This document shows, one piece after another, positions 9,326 to 20,148 of a stretch of DNA of 64,000 bases; positions within the stretch are counted from its first letter, which is position 1; the number at the start of each line of letters is the position of its first letter. The DNA lies in the NCBI GenBank assembly GCA_963737655.1, contig CAVTTN010000002.1, positions 7,488,001-7,552,000 on the forward strand, in the 5' to 3' direction. The translations under genes were made by a program, and so were the position numbers. Source of the DNA: an uncultured Planctomycetota bacterium (GTDB lineage Bacteria; Planctomycetota; Planctomycetia; Isosphaerales; Isosphaeraceae). Below the pieces are notes generated by a model. The model saw only the letters and a list, made by a program, of their open reading frames with translations, ran no database searches and was not told the origin of the DNA.

Positions 9326-12300
9326 ATGTCCGACAAATCCCTCGTCTTCCAGCTCCTGGAAGATGCCCTCCAGTCCGGCCTCTCGCCGGAGGAGGTTTGC
9401 GTCGACCACCCGGAATTGCTGGACGAAGTGCGCGGCGAGCTGGGCCGGATCGACCGGGTCCGGGGCGAGCTCGGCGCGCTGTTCCCGGGCCGGTCCTCGT
9501 CGCCGTCTCCCGGCCTCGTCCGTCCCCAGATCCCCGGCCACGAGGTGACGGACCTGCTCGGCCGAGGGGGCATGGGGGTGGTCTACAGGGCCCGCCACGT
9601 CCGGCTGAACCGGGCGGTGGCCGTCAAAGTGCTGCTCGGCGGGGCCCACGCCTCGCCCCAGGAGCGGGCCCGGTTCCAGAGGGAGGCGGAGGCGCTGGCC
9701 GAGCTCGGCCACCCGCACGTCGTCCAGATCCACGAGGCGGGCGAATTCGACGGCCTCCCGTACTTCACGATGGAACTCGTCGAGGGCGGGACGCTCGCCG
9801 AGAGGCTCGCCGGGATGCCGCAGCCGGCGGGCCGGGCCGCGGCCCTGGTGATCCTGCTGGCCGGCGCGGTCCAGGCGGCCCACGAGCGGGGGATCGTCCA
9901 TCGGGACCTGAAGCCCTCCAACGTCCTCCTGACGCACGACGGCTCGCCCAAGATCTCCGACTTCGGCCTCGCCCGCCGGCTCGCGCCGGGGGCCGACCTC
10001 ACCCGGACGGGGACGCGGCTCGGGACGCCCAGCTACATGGCCCCCGAGCAGGCGTCGGGCCGGGCCGGAGGGGCCGGGCCGGGCGTCGATGTGTATGCCC
10101 TGGGGGCGTTATTGTACGAGCTGCTCACCGGCCGGCCCCCGTTCAAGGCGGAGACCGCCGCCGAGACCGAGCGCCAGGTGATCGCCGAGGAACCCGCGTC
10201 GCCGTCGAGTCTGAACGCGCGGGTCCCCCGCGACCTGGAGACGATCTGCCTGAAATGCCTGAGCAAGGACCCGGGCCGGCGCTACGCCTCGGCCCTCGCG
10301 CTCGCGGACGACCTCGGGCGGTTCCAGAAGGGCGAACCGATCGCCGCCCGCCCCGTCGGCGCCCTCGAGTATGCCGCCAAGTGGACGCGCCGTCACCCCG
10401 GGCGTGCGGCGGCCCTGGTCGGCGGCACCCTCTTCGCGCTCGTGTTCCTCGCGAGCGGATGGTGGGTCCTCGCCGAGAGGGCCGCGATGGCGAGGGAGGT
10501 CCAACAGGACCTCGTGAAGGCGGAACAGGCCCTGGAGCGGTCGGACTGGCCGGAGGCGCGGGCCGCCGTCGAGCTGGCGAGGACGCGACTGGGTCATGGC
10601 GGCCCCGTCGAACTGCGCCGGCGGCTCGATCGCGCGGATCGGGGCCTGAAGTTGGCGGACCGGTTGGAAGAGATCCAGACGCGGAACCAGGAATTCGATT
10701 TCATCCCGGACAAGAAGCGCAACCCCGAGGAGCCGGTCTTCAGTTCCGGGACGGACAAGGAGTTCGAGGAAGCGTTCCGAGGGGCGGCGCTGGGCAACGT
10801 CGGCGACCCGCCCGAACAGGCCGCCGGCCGGATCCGGGAGACGGGCATCCGCCGGGCGATCGTGGAAGCGTTCGACGTCTGGTCCCTCTACGCGGGTGAC
10901 ATCCGGAGGGTCAAGTGGATCTCCGCGGTCGCCAACCTCGCGGATTCGGACCAGACGGCCTGGCGAAAGCGGGTCCGCGACCCATCGACCCGGTCGAACA
11001 GGGCCGCCATCGAGGAACTGGCCCGCACCGCGCCGCTCGACGGCCAGTCGGTCCAGCTCCACCTCGCGCTCGGGAGGCGGTTGGGCGGCGTCAAGGCGGA
11101 CGATGTCGGTTTCCTCCGGCGGGTGCAGGCGGCGAACCGGAACAACTACTGGATCACGTTCGAGTTGGCCCGACTGCTGGCGGAGCGGCACGACCACGAC
11201 GCGCTCGGGTACTATCGGGCGGCGGTGGCCATCCGGCCGCGGTCGTTCTCGGCCCTGACGGGCCTGGGGCGCCTCCTGCTCGATTACGGGCGAATCGCCG
11301 AGGCCGAGGAGACCCAGCGGTTCCTCATCGAGCTCTACCCCGATCGCGACATCCCGTACCACACCATGGCGGTCATCAACCGCGAACAGGCCCGGTTCGA
11401 TCTCGCCGTCGCCAACTGCCGGGAGGCGATCCGGCGCAACCCCGCGTCGGGCACTGCTTACGGCACGCTCGGATGGGTCCTCATCGAGCTGGGCGAGTTC
11501 GAGGAGGCCCGGGCGATGGCCTCACGCGCGCTCGAGCTGCTCCCCGCGGAGGACGTGAACCGGAGCTGGACGAAAGGGGTGATCTTCCGCTGCGACCGCC
11601 TCCTCACGCTCGACCGCCGCCTGCGTGAGATCGCGGAGGGGAGCGTCCCGCCCGTGGACGCCAACCAGGCCGTGGATTTCGCGGAACTCTGCACCATCCG
11701 GCGCCGGCCCGCCGCCGCGGTCCGCCTCTACGCCGCCGCATTCGCCCTCGATTCGCGAGTGCGCGTCTCGAACGCGAGCCGTCCCGTCTATCTGGCCGCC
11801 CGCGCCGCGGTGCGGGCGGGAGTCGGGAACGGCGAGGACTCCCCGCCCGACGGCCCGGGCCGGGCGGCCCTGCGGAAACAGGCCCTCGACTGGCTTCGCA
11901 CCGAACGCGACCTCCGGGCTCCCGGATACACCGTCGGCGAGGCCGACTCCCGATGGATCACGGCGCGCGAGATGCGATTGTGGCGGTACGACACGACCCT
12001 GGCCCCGGTCCGCGACCCGGAAGCCCTCGCCGGGCTGGGCGCGGACGAGAGTCGGCGGTGGAAGTTGCTGTGGACGAGCCTGGATCGCGTGGCGGACGGC
12101 GGCCAGGTCGCGACCGTCGAATCCGCGCAGTCCTACGCCGCCCGCCGGGAGTGGGAGTCCGCCGCCGAGAGCTACGCCGCGCTGGGCGAAACCATCCCGC
12201 CCGTCCTCCTTCAGGAGTGGTTCGAGCTCGCGGCGGTGCAACTTCTGTCCGGGGATCGCGACGGCTATCGCCAGACCTGCGAGCGTCTCGAGACGCCGTA

Positions 12301-12763
12301 CCCCGGCACGTCCTCGGTACGCCCCTATCACCGGGCCCGGGCTTGTACGCTCGCCCCGGACGCCGTCGCCGACATCGCGAAGGTCCAGGCGCTGGGCGAG
12401 GAGGAGTTGAAGCTCGCCCCCGACGCTCACTGGTCCCTGACCGAACAGGCGGCGTTGTACCACCGGGCCGGCCAGCCCCAGAAGGCCGTGCCGCTCCTGG
12501 AGAGGAGCCTCGAAGTCAACAATCGCCCGGGGGCTCAGGTCGTGAGCTTCCTGTGGCTCTCGCTCGCGCACCAGCGGCTCGGGCACCTTGAGGAGGCGCA
12601 ACGGTGGCGAGACAGGGCCGCGACATGGCTGGATCAGTTCGGTGACGGCGCGATGCCCGTGGGTCCGGCCGCCGAGGGGCTCGACCTCCACAACTGGCTG
12701 GAAGCCCTGATCCTGAGGAAGGAGGCGGAGGCCCTCCTCGGCCCTGCGCACCCGGCCCGGTGA
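9326..12763 (+). CDS. Ser/Thr protein kinase with TM helix and TPR repeats
   Basis: LGRGGMGVVY, VAVK, HRDLKPSN, DFG, GTPSYMAPEQ; TM segment after the kinase; TPR-like helical C-terminus. Confidence 0.95.
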   Translation: MSDKSLVFQLLEDALQSGLSPEEVCVDHPELLDEVRGELGRIDRVRGELGALFPGRSSSPSPGLVRPQIPGHEVTDLLGRGGMGVVYRARHVRLNRAVAVKVLLGGAHASPQERARFQREAEALAELGHPHVVQIHEAGEFDGLPYFTMELVEGGTLAERLAGMPQPAGRAAALVILLAGAVQAAHERGIVHRDLKPSNVLLTHDGSPKISDFGLARRLAPGADLTRTGTRLGTPSYMAPEQASGRAGGAGPGVDVYALGALLYELLTGRPPFKAETAAETERQVIAEEPASPSSLNARVPRDLETICLKCLSKDPGRRYASALALADDLGRFQKGEPIAARPVGALEYAAKWTRRHPGRAAALVGGTLFALVFLASGWWVLAERAAMAREVQQDLVKAEQALERSDWPEARAAVELARTRLGHGGPVELRRRLDRADRGLKLADRLEEIQTRNQEFDFIPDKKRNPEEPVFSSGTDKEFEEAFRGAALGNVGDPPEQAAGRIRETGIRRAIVEAFDVWSLYAGDIRRVKWISAVANLADSDQTAWRKRVRDPSTRSNRAAIEELARTAPLDGQSVQLHLALGRRLGGVKADDVGFLRRVQAANRNNYWITFELARLLAERHDHDALGYYRAAVAIRPRSFSALTGLGRLLLDYGRIAEAEETQRFLIELYPDRDIPYHTMAVINREQARFDLAVANCREAIRRNPASGTAYGTLGWVLIELGEFEEARAMASRALELLPAEDVNRSWTKGVIFRCDRLLTLDRRLREIAEGSVPPVDANQAVDFAELCTIRRRPAAAVRLYAAAFALDSRVRVSNASRPVYLAARAAVRAGVGNGEDSPPDGPGRAALRKQALDWLRTERDLRAPGYTVGEADSRWITAREMRLWRYDTTLAPVRDPEALAGLGADESRRWKLLWTSLDRVADGGQVATVESAQSYAARREWESAAESYAALGETIPPVLLQEWFELAAVQLLSGDRDGYRQTCERLETPYPGTSSVRPYHRARACTLAPDAVADIAKVQALGEEELKLAPDAHWSLTEQAALYHRAGQPQKAVPLLERSLEVNNRPGAQVVSFLWLSLAHQRLGHLEEAQRWRDRAATWLDQFGDGAMPVGPAAEGLDLHNWLEALILRKEAEALLGPAHPAR

Positions 12764-13074
12764 GTGCCCGGGCCGGCTTCGGCGACCCTTGACCCTTGCC
12801 GGGCCGGCCTGGGCCCGAGCGAGCGCGGAGGCGATCGGATCGGCTGTCCGCATCCCGCGCTCCGTACAACTGGCGGGGCCGACGGACGGAGAGGATTCGC
12901 GTCCTTCGCTCCGGGCTCGGCCCTCCCCGCGCCGAATTCGTCGAGAGCGTCGGCATTTGGCGGTCGCCCATCGTGGATCATGGGCAGACGGCGACGGCTC
13001 GGCCGCCGCGGCCCTTGAAGGCGGCGCGGACGGCGGGCATTGATCCCTCGGAGGGCGTCCGCCGCTCGTCTGTC

Positions 13075-14157
13075 TCATGGACCGGGCCGGATGCCCAGGC
13101 GGAGCCGGTCCGGCGATCCGGGCGACGCCAGCAACTGCTCGATCGCTCCGAGCGGCTGCCAGTCGGCGACGAGGCCCTCGAACGGGAAAGGGGGATGGTC
13201 GGCGAGGAAGTCCAACGCGGCGCGCAGGTGCCTCGGCGCGTAGTTGTGGACGCCTCGGAGGGTCAGGCATCGTCGGACGATCTGCTCCGGCGCGATCGGC
13301 ACGGGGCGCGTCGGGAAGACCGAGCCGACGAGGACGACCGTTCCGCCGAGCCTGACCAGGGGCAAGATCGCCTCGATCGACTCCGCGGCCCCCGTCATCT
13401 CCAATGCGACGTCGAACCCGTAACCGCCCGTGCTGTCGAGGGCGATCGAGGCGAGGTCATCCGGGGAGGCCGCGTGCGTCGCGCCGAACCGCCCGGCCAG
13501 GGCCCGCCGATCCGGATCGAGGTCGCAGGCGATCACGGCTTCGGCGCCGAGCGTCCGCGCCCAGGCCATCGCGGTCACCCCGAGCATCCCGCTGCCCATC
13601 ACCAGGACGCGACGACCCGCGATCGGTCCGGCCGCTTCCAGGGCGGCCGCCACGGTTGCGGTCGCGCAATTCACCGGGCAGGCCACGGCGTCGGGGAGGT
13701 CGTCCGGGACCCGGAGCACGGTCGTCCCCGGCACGAGCAGGCAGTGGCCGGCGAGCCCGCCCACCAGTTCCAGGCCGGGCCGGAGCGGCTCGTGGCCGTA
13801 CTTCACCTGCCGCTCGCACTTCTGCGGCAGGTCGCGGCGACAATAGAAGCAGCCTCCGCAGATCGCGACCACGCCCCAGGTGACGCGATCGCCCTCCCGG
13901 AGGGGGATGCCGGCCGCGTCGCGCCGTGGCGCCTCCGGCCCGAACGAGGCCACCCGGCCGAGGATCTCGTGCCCGAGGATCGTCGGCGTCGCGACGGTCC
14001 GGCGGCCATGCAAGGTGTGGAGGTCGCTGCCGCAGAGCGTGCACGCGAGGACCTCGACGAGCATCGCGGAACCGCCGGCCTCCGGGATCGCGATCTCCCG
14101 GAGATCCAGCGACAGGCCCGGCCCGCGGAAGACGGCGGCGAGGGTCGTTCGCCTCAT
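13075..14157 (-). CDS. Zinc-binding alcohol dehydrogenase, phosphonate-catabolism-associated type
   Basis: CGSDLH, GHE, C-x2-C-x2-C-x7-C structural Zn site, GSGMLG; PVNCATATV. Confidence 0.88.
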   Translation of the reverse strand: MRRTTLAAVFRGPGLSLDLREIAIPEAGGSAMLVEVLACTLCGSDLHTLHGRRTVATPTILGHEILGRVASFGPEAPRRDAAGIPLREGDRVTWGVVAICGGCFYCRRDLPQKCERQVKYGHEPLRPGLELVGGLAGHCLLVPGTTVLRVPDDLPDAVACPVNCATATVAAALEAAGPIAGRRVLVMGSGMLGVTAMAWARTLGAEAVIACDLDPDRRALAGRFGATHAASPDDLASIALDSTGGYGFDVALEMTGAAESIEAILPLVRLGGTVVLVGSVFPTRPVPIAPEQIVRRCLTLRGVHNYAPRHLRAALDFLADHPPFPFEGLVADWQPLGAIEQLLASPGSPDRLRLGIRPGP

Positions 14158-15449
14158 CGCACCGCCCCCGCCGGGACGGCCCGGATTCCCCGTCGCGCGA
14201 AATACAACCCGCCGAGCCCCAGGCTGACGCAGGTGAGGACGCCGATGATCGCGCACGCCACCTCGAAGAACCGCAAGAACCCGCCGCCCGACGGCAGGGC
14301 ACCCCGGGCGAGCATCAGGAGGACATAACCGAAGTATCCGGCCGAGTCCGCCACGTACATCAGGAACCCGAGGTTGCCCCGGTCCCTCACGATCGCGATC
14401 AGCCGCTCGAAGATCGTCGTGTGGATGGCCACGTAAGGCAGGTAGAGGCCCGTGCCCAGCAGGACCATGAACGCGAAGCCGCCGAGCCGCCCGCTCCCCA
14501 GCCCGGCCAGGGCGATGAGCATCAGCATTGCCCCGGCGATCCCCACCCCGATCGACGCGAAGAACGCCCGGCGATTCTCGACGATCAGGACGCCCAGGCC
14601 ATTCACGAGCAGGACGACCGCGGCCACCAGGACCTCCGACCTCGAGAACAGCGCCGGGTCCACCGCGATGCCGAGCCCTCGCCAGATCTCGGCGCGAAAT
14701 CGGCCCGGAGGCTCCGGGCGATCGTGACCAGGAAGTAGGCCGCGACGATCGCGATCAGGCCGGCGCCGTGGCGTCGCAGCATGGCCCGGCGGTCGGCCCT
14801 GCTCATCGTCGGGCGGTCGCTCCGGAGGGCGACGTCGCGGTCGTCGGGCGGGGGGATGTCGCCCGAGCATCCACGTGGCCACCAGGAGGGGCGGCAGGAA
14901 GATCAGGCCCGCCGCCGCGGGCATCCAGCGCTCGGTCACGCCCCGGTCGAGCAGAAGCGTGCCGACGGACTTGGTCACGCCGTCGGCGAGGATGAAGCTG
15001 GCGCAGAGGCCGGCCGTCAGGGCCTCCGTGACGCGGCGCCCTTCGAGGAAGCCGAGCACCAGGCCGAAGACCATCCCCAGCGCCAGGCCGTTCAGGAACA
15101 GGCCGGCGACGTGCAGCGGCGACGGCGCGACGCCGAAAAGGACCAGAGCCGCCTCGGCCGCCGCGATCAGCAGGACGATCCCGGCCGTCCGCCGCCTCGG
15201 CGGGGTCTCGGCGATCACCCGGATGCCCACGAACTTCGACGCGGCGTAGCCGAGCACCTGCGCCGCCACGAGCACCGTCTTCTCGTCGATCCCCAGGACC
15301 CTGCCGCCGGAGAAAGTCGCCGCGGTGAAGGGCTTTCGGAATCCATAAGTGCAGAAGTAGGCCGTGAACGCCGCGACCGCCGACCACGCGGCCAGGGCCG
15401 TCGAGGACGGCCGCCCCCCCGCGGCGGGTTGTCGGTCGATGATGGTCAT
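14154..15449 (-). CDS. DUF5690-type MFS-like membrane transporter (two compensating internal frameshifts)
   Basis: YFCTYGFRKPF, GYAASKFVGIRVIAE, FLEGRRVTE, SFILADGVTKSVG, GNLGFLMYVADSAGY; the segment ~14690-14860 reads correctly in another frame. Confidence 0.75.
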   Translation of the reverse strand: MTIIDRQPAAGGRPSSTALAAWSAVAAFTAYFCTYGFRKPFTAATFSGGRVLGIDEKTVLVAAQVLGYAASKFVGIRVIAETPPRRRTAGIVLLIAAAEAALVLFGVAPSPLHVAGLFLNGLALGMVFGLVLGFLEGRRVTEALTAGLCASFILADGVTKSVGTLLLDRGVTERWMPAAAGLIFLPPLLVATWMLGRHPPARRPRRRPPERPPDDEQGRPPGHAATPRRRPDRDRRGLLPGHDRPEPPGRFRAEIWRGLGIAVDPALFSRSEVLVAAVVLLVNGLGVLIVENRRAFFASIGVGIAGAMLMLIALAGLGSGRLGGFAFMVLLGTGLYLPYVAIHTTIFERLIAIVRDRGNLGFLMYVADSAGYFGYVLLMLARGALPSGGGFLRFFEVACAIIGVLTCVSLGLGGLYFARRGIRAVPAGAVR

Positions 15450-15554
15450 GCGAGAATCGCCCCCTCGCCCTGGTCGGAATCACGCGGCCTGATCCCGGAA
15501 ACGGCCCGACCAGGGTACCATCCCATTGCGAAGATCGTGTGGAGGACGATTCGA

Positions 15555-16142
15555 GTGACCGCCAGGACTCCCGGGGCCGTCGACGCGATCCGCGGGCTCT
15601 TCGCCGAGAGGGGCGATTCGGCCTACGGCGGCGAATCCGTCTCGCAGCTCGAGCACGCCCTCCAGGCCGCCGCCCTGGCCCGTCGCGACGGCGCGGGCGC
15701 GGCCCTCATCACGGCCGCCTTGCTCCACGACGTCGGGCACCTCCTCCACGACCTCCCGGACGACGCCCCCGATCGCGGCGTCGATGACACCCACGAGGCG
15801 ATCGCCGCCCGATGGCTCTCCCCCTGGTTCGGGCCCGACGTGATCGAGCCGATCCGCCGGCACGTCGACGCCAAGCGTTACCTCTGCGCCGTCGAGCCGG
15901 GATACCAGCAGCGGCTCAGCGAGGCGTCCGCGGTCAGCCTGCGGCTCCAGGGAGGGCCGATGTCGGCCGTCGAGGTTCGCGCGTTCCAAGAGTCGCCCCA
16001 CCTTGCCGACGCCGTCGCCCTGCGGAGATGGGACGACGAGGCGAAGGACCCCGAACTCTCCGCCCCGGACTTCGAGTCCTACGTCTCGACGATCGAGGAG
16101 GCGCTCGCGGCCTCGGTCGCCGAGAGTCGGGGCGAGCCATGA
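15555..16142 (+). CDS. phnZ: HD-domain phosphonate degradation oxygenase (PhnZ-like)
   Basis: YGGESVSQLEHALQAA, ALLHDVGH, DTHE, HVDAKRYL, LSEASAVSLRLQGGPM, RRWDDEAK. Confidence 0.85.
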   Translation: MTARTPGAVDAIRGLFAERGDSAYGGESVSQLEHALQAAALARRDGAGAALITAALLHDVGHLLHDLPDDAPDRGVDDTHEAIAARWLSPWFGPDVIEPIRRHVDAKRYLCAVEPGYQQRLSEASAVSLRLQGGPMSAVEVRAFQESPHLADAVALRRWDDEAKDPELSAPDFESYVSTIEEALAASVAESRGEP

Positions 16143-17293
16143 GCGCGACCGTCGAGCCGCCGAGCCCGGCCGAGGACGTCGGCATCATCGGCGCGGGGAT
16201 CGTCGGCCTGGCGCACGCCCTTTCGGCGGCGCGTCGGGGGCACCGGGTCACGGTCTTCGAGCGCGATCGCGAGGCGAGCGGGGCGTCGATCCGCAACTTC
16301 GGCATGGTCTGGCCGATCGGCCAGCCGGCGGGCGACCGGCACGCGATCGCGACGGAAAGCTGCGCCATCTGGCTCGAACTCGGCCGCGAGTCCGGCCTCT
16401 GGGTCAACCCCTGCGGGTCGATCCACCTGGCGCACCGCGAAGACGAATGGTCCGTGCTCCGGGAGTTCGCCCGCGCCGCCCCGGATCTCGGCTACCCGTG
16501 CGAGCTCTGGACCCGCGACGAGGTCCGCCAACGGACGGACGCCGCGAACCCGGACGGGCTGATCGGCGGCCTGTTCAGCCCCACCGAGCTGGCCGTCAAC
16601 CCCCGGGCCGCGATCCGGCTCCTGACCGACTGGCTCGCCCGGCGGTTCGGCGTGCGGTTCGAGTTCGGCACCGCGATCACCGATATCGATTGTGGTTGGG
16701 TCCGGGCCGCGGACGGACGTGGCTGGGACTTCCACCGGACGCTCATCTGCGGCGGATCGGATTTTGAGACCCTCTTCCCCGAGGTCCTGCGATCCTCCGG
16801 CCTGAGGCGCTGCAAGCTCCAGATGCTCGCGACGGCGGCTCAGCCCGACGGCTGGAGGCTCGGCCCGCACCTGGCGAGCGGCCTGACCCTCCGGCACTAC
16901 GCCAACTTCGGCGTCGCCCCGGGCCTCCCCGCGCTCCGCGGCCGGATCGCGGCCGAGACGCCGGAGCTGGACCGTCTCGGCATCCACGTGATGGCCTCGC
17001 AGGATGACGCGGGCGAGGTCATCCTCGGCGATTCCCACGAATATGACGAGGCGATCTCCCCCTTCGACAAGGCCGAGATCGACGCTCTGATCCTCCGAGA
17101 GGCGCGCCGCGTGTTCCGGTTGCCCGACTGGACGATCGCCCGGCGGTGGCACGGGATTTATGCCAGGCACGAGGATTTTCCCGCGTTCGAGGCCGAGCCG
17201 ATGCCGGGGGTCCACATCCGGACCGGGACCGGCGGCGCGGGGATGACGATGGCGTTCGGCCTCGCCGAGCGATCCTGGGGGGCCTGGTCATGA
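16139..17293 (+). CDS. FAD-dependent oxidoreductase (TIGR03364-like, phosphonate-associated amine oxidase)
   Basis: IIGAGIVGLAHA, GASIRNFGMVW, RCKLQM, ILGDSHEY, GGAGMT. Confidence 0.85.
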   Translation: MSATVEPPSPAEDVGIIGAGIVGLAHALSAARRGHRVTVFERDREASGASIRNFGMVWPIGQPAGDRHAIATESCAIWLELGRESGLWVNPCGSIHLAHREDEWSVLREFARAAPDLGYPCELWTRDEVRQRTDAANPDGLIGGLFSPTELAVNPRAAIRLLTDWLARRFGVRFEFGTAITDIDCGWVRAADGRGWDFHRTLICGGSDFETLFPEVLRSSGLRRCKLQMLATAAQPDGWRLGPHLASGLTLRHYANFGVAPGLPALRGRIAAETPELDRLGIHVMASQDDAGEVILGDSHEYDEAISPFDKAEIDALILREARRVFRLPDWTIARRWHGIYARHEDFPAFEAEPMPGVHIRTGTGGAGMTMAFGLAERSWGAWS

Positions 17294-18087
17294 CGGGACC
17301 GCCGAGGCGCATCCGCGCCGTGATCTTCGACTGGGCCGGGACGACGATCGACCACGGCAGTCGCGCCCCGGTCGAGGCCGTCGTCGCGGCCTTCCGCCCC
17401 TGGGGGATCGAGCTCTCCGCCGTCGAGGCCCGGGGCCCGATGGGCCGGGCGAAGCGCGAGCACATCGCCGCTCTGTTCGCGTTGCCGCGAGTCGAGTCGG
17501 CCTGGCGTTCGCGACACGGCCGGGGCCCGACCGACGAGGACATCGACCGCGTCTACGCGGAATTCCTCCCCCTTCAGGAAAGGGTCCTGGCCGATCACTG
17601 CGACGTGATCGCCGGGGTGCCCGAGGTCGTCGCCGAACTCCGTCGCCGGGGCATCCGGGTCGGCTCGACCACCGGATACACGAAGGCCCTGATGGACGTC
17701 GTCGCCCCCCTGGCCCGGGCCGGCGGGTTCGATCCCGAGGTCATCCTCTGCGCCGACGACGTCCCCCGAGGTCGCCCGGCCCCCTGGATGGTCTTCCGGG
17801 CCGCCGAGCGGCTCGACGTGTACCCGATGTCCGAGGTCGTCGTCGTCGACGACACGCCGGTCGGCATCGAGGCCGGTCGGAACGCGGGCGCGGCGACGGT
17901 TGCCGTCACGCGGACCGGGAACAGCCTCGGGATGTCTCGCGAGGAGGTCGCCCGGTGCGATCCCGAGGCTCTCATCGACCGGCTCCAGGCCGCCGACGCC
18001 GAATTCCGCCGCGCCGGGGTTGACGCCGTGATCGAGAGCGTGGCCGACCTCCTGACCGCGCTCGACGCCCTCGAAGTCGCCGGTTGA
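17290..18087 (+). CDS. phnX: Phosphonoacetaldehyde hydrolase (phosphonatase, HAD family)
   Basis: IFDWAGTTIDHGSRAP, RGPMGRAKREHI (Schiff-base Lys), GSTTGY, GRPAPWM, VVDDT. Confidence 0.93.
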   Translation: MTGPPRRIRAVIFDWAGTTIDHGSRAPVEAVVAAFRPWGIELSAVEARGPMGRAKREHIAALFALPRVESAWRSRHGRGPTDEDIDRVYAEFLPLQERVLADHCDVIAGVPEVVAELRRRGIRVGSTTGYTKALMDVVAPLARAGGFDPEVILCADDVPRGRPAPWMVFRAAERLDVYPMSEVVVVDDTPVGIEAGRNAGAATVAVTRTGNSLGMSREEVARCDPEALIDRLQAADAEFRRAGVDAVIESVADLLTALDALEVAG

Positions 18088-18239
18088 AGGAAGCGGTGCC
18101 TCCGCCGCCGCGCCCGCAGGCGGTCACGGCCCGAGCCTGCCCGCCTCTTGCCGGCCCGACGCGAGGGGTCCAGCACGTCACGGGCCGGTCGATCTGCACG
18201 ACCGACTCGAACCACGACCAGGAGAGAAAAGGCCCCAGG

Positions 18240-18384
18240 GCTGCTTTGGAGAAAACCGCGGTGATCGAGCGGAATCGAGTAGGTCCGACTTCAGTCGGGC
18301 CTACGAAAAAAGGTTTTTTGTAGGCCCGACTGAAGTCGGACCTACTCGATAGACCCCCTCGATCGGGGTTTTCCCCAGAGCACC
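18240..18384. repeat. REPIN/MITE-like palindromic element, family A copy 1
   Basis: Inverted pair of GTAGGTCCGACTTCAGTCGGGCCTAC (18279-18304 and 18320-18345) plus degenerate outer inverted arms. Confidence 0.85.
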
Positions 18385-18386
18385 CC

Positions 18387-18548
18387 AAGGCCGTTTCCTC
18401 TTCCGAGAGTTTTCGGTCGGACGCATCTTGGCTGCCACGGGGTCCGCACCCGGAACCCGTGGGTCAGCCCTCACGGGTTCCGTTTTCGGAACCCAAGTCA
18501 CCCAAAACCCTTCGGAAGAATTGTCCACCGACAAAGGAAACGGCCCTT
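18387..18548. repeat. REPIN/MITE-like element, family B copy 1
   Basis: Terminal inverted repeats GGCCGTTTCCT/AGGAAACGGCC; internal CACGGGTTCCG...CGGAACCC hairpins; aligns end to end with the reverse complement of 26161-26320. Confidence 0.8.
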
Positions 18549-18567
18549 CGAGCCGCCGGAACCGCTC

Positions 18568-18597
18568 TTGCGGCCTGAAGGGCCGATGGGCTACATT
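18568..18597 (+). promoter_or_regulatory. Putative sigma70 promoter of the rpmA-obgE operon
   Basis: TTGCGG-N18-TACATT about 80 bp upstream of rpmA. Confidence 0.4.
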
Positions 18598-18675
18598 GGA
18601 GCTTTCCGCCTTGATCGGAGGCGGTGCGTCCGCGTCTGGTCGGGTGGCGGCTTTTTCTTGCAGGATGGATCAGTC

Positions 18676-20040
<1,365 letters not shown>

Positions 20041-20148
20041 TCCGCGTCGTCCCGGATCGTCGGCTCATGGCCTGGTCGGCATGTTCTCATCCACGTCTCG
20101 ACTCCCTCCAGACCATGCCCTCGATCCGGGACGTTGAGGCCCGTTTCC

